Source: Narcine bancroftii (taxonomy: Eukaryota). From it: a DNA stretch of 64,000 nt. Positions within the stretch are counted from its first letter, which is position 1; every line of letters begins with the position of its first letter. This document shows, one piece after another, positions 63,665 through 64,000 of the stretch. The translations under genes were made by a program, and so were the position numbers. The notes under the pieces are model-generated. The model was given only the letters and a program-made list of their open reading frames with translations. It had not been told where the DNA came from and did not search any database. The stretch covers positions 23,994,001 to 24,058,000 of the forward strand of contig NC_091482.1 in assembly GCF_036971445.1 (NCBI RefSeq). Direction: 5' to 3'.

Positions 63665-64000
63665 GTTCAAATCCCGGACGAGCCCCCATTTGTCAGAAAT
63701 AAAACTTCTCACACATGAGTCTCTTTAAAACTGATGACACGACAAGCTTTATTACCACATACCCAGAATAATCCATTTGGGGATACTCCATACCCCCTTT
63801 CCCAAACTCTTTTAAGAACGGGATTTGATTGGTATGGTCCTGTGATGGTGGAAGTGGTACAATTCCAAAACTGAATACTGCTATTAGACAGGGGTAGGCA
63901 ATTAGTTTTAAAAACAGTGGATAAGAACCAAGTCTGGGGTTTAGGAAACCAAGTGAAAACACCAGGCGAAATGCGAATCCATACAGCCTTGCAGGGACTT
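63665..64000 (-). mobile_element. LTR of a second ERV family with adjacent tRNA-Pro PBS; runs off window end
   Basis: PBS at 63671-63688, then TT-TGTCAG LTR end at 63691; minus-strand AATAAAGCTTG at ~63743-63753. Confidence 0.7.

Noticed and set aside
63665-63688. tRNA-Pro gene
   Set aside because: Only the 3' 24 nt are present, with encoded CCA and no 5' half; this is PBS or primer-derived sequence.

Overview
Vertebrate nuclear DNA, most likely a cartilaginous fish (inferred from the V-SINE/CR1, RTE and Penelope repeat complement). It contains three host genes. (1) The 5' half of a merlin/NF2-family gene on the minus strand: six coding exons at 13196 down to 124, running off the window, plus a probable non-coding first exon in a CpG island at ~25.8 kb. 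(2) A complete MRPS17 CDS on the plus strand (143 aa, CpG-island promoter at ~40.4-41.0 kb). (3) A probable first coding exon of NIPSNAP2/GBAS at 60381. A ~10.5 kb array of 61-bp repeats with higher-order structure abuts the merlin-like promoter. A full-length class I (gamma-like) endogenous retrovirus at 51566-60104 lies head-to-head with the CpG island at ~60.3 kb. It has a tRNA-Pro PBS, an MLV-type gag-pol readthrough signal with a predicted pseudoknot, broken gag/pol and an uninterrupted 599-aa ERV3/HERV-I-like env. Its flanks show no TSD, which suggests a recombinant provirus. The rest is CR1, RTE, L1/Tx1, L2, Penelope, Gypsy, hAT, MITE and SINE debris. All calls were made by eye from motifs and recalled family sequences; no searches were run.
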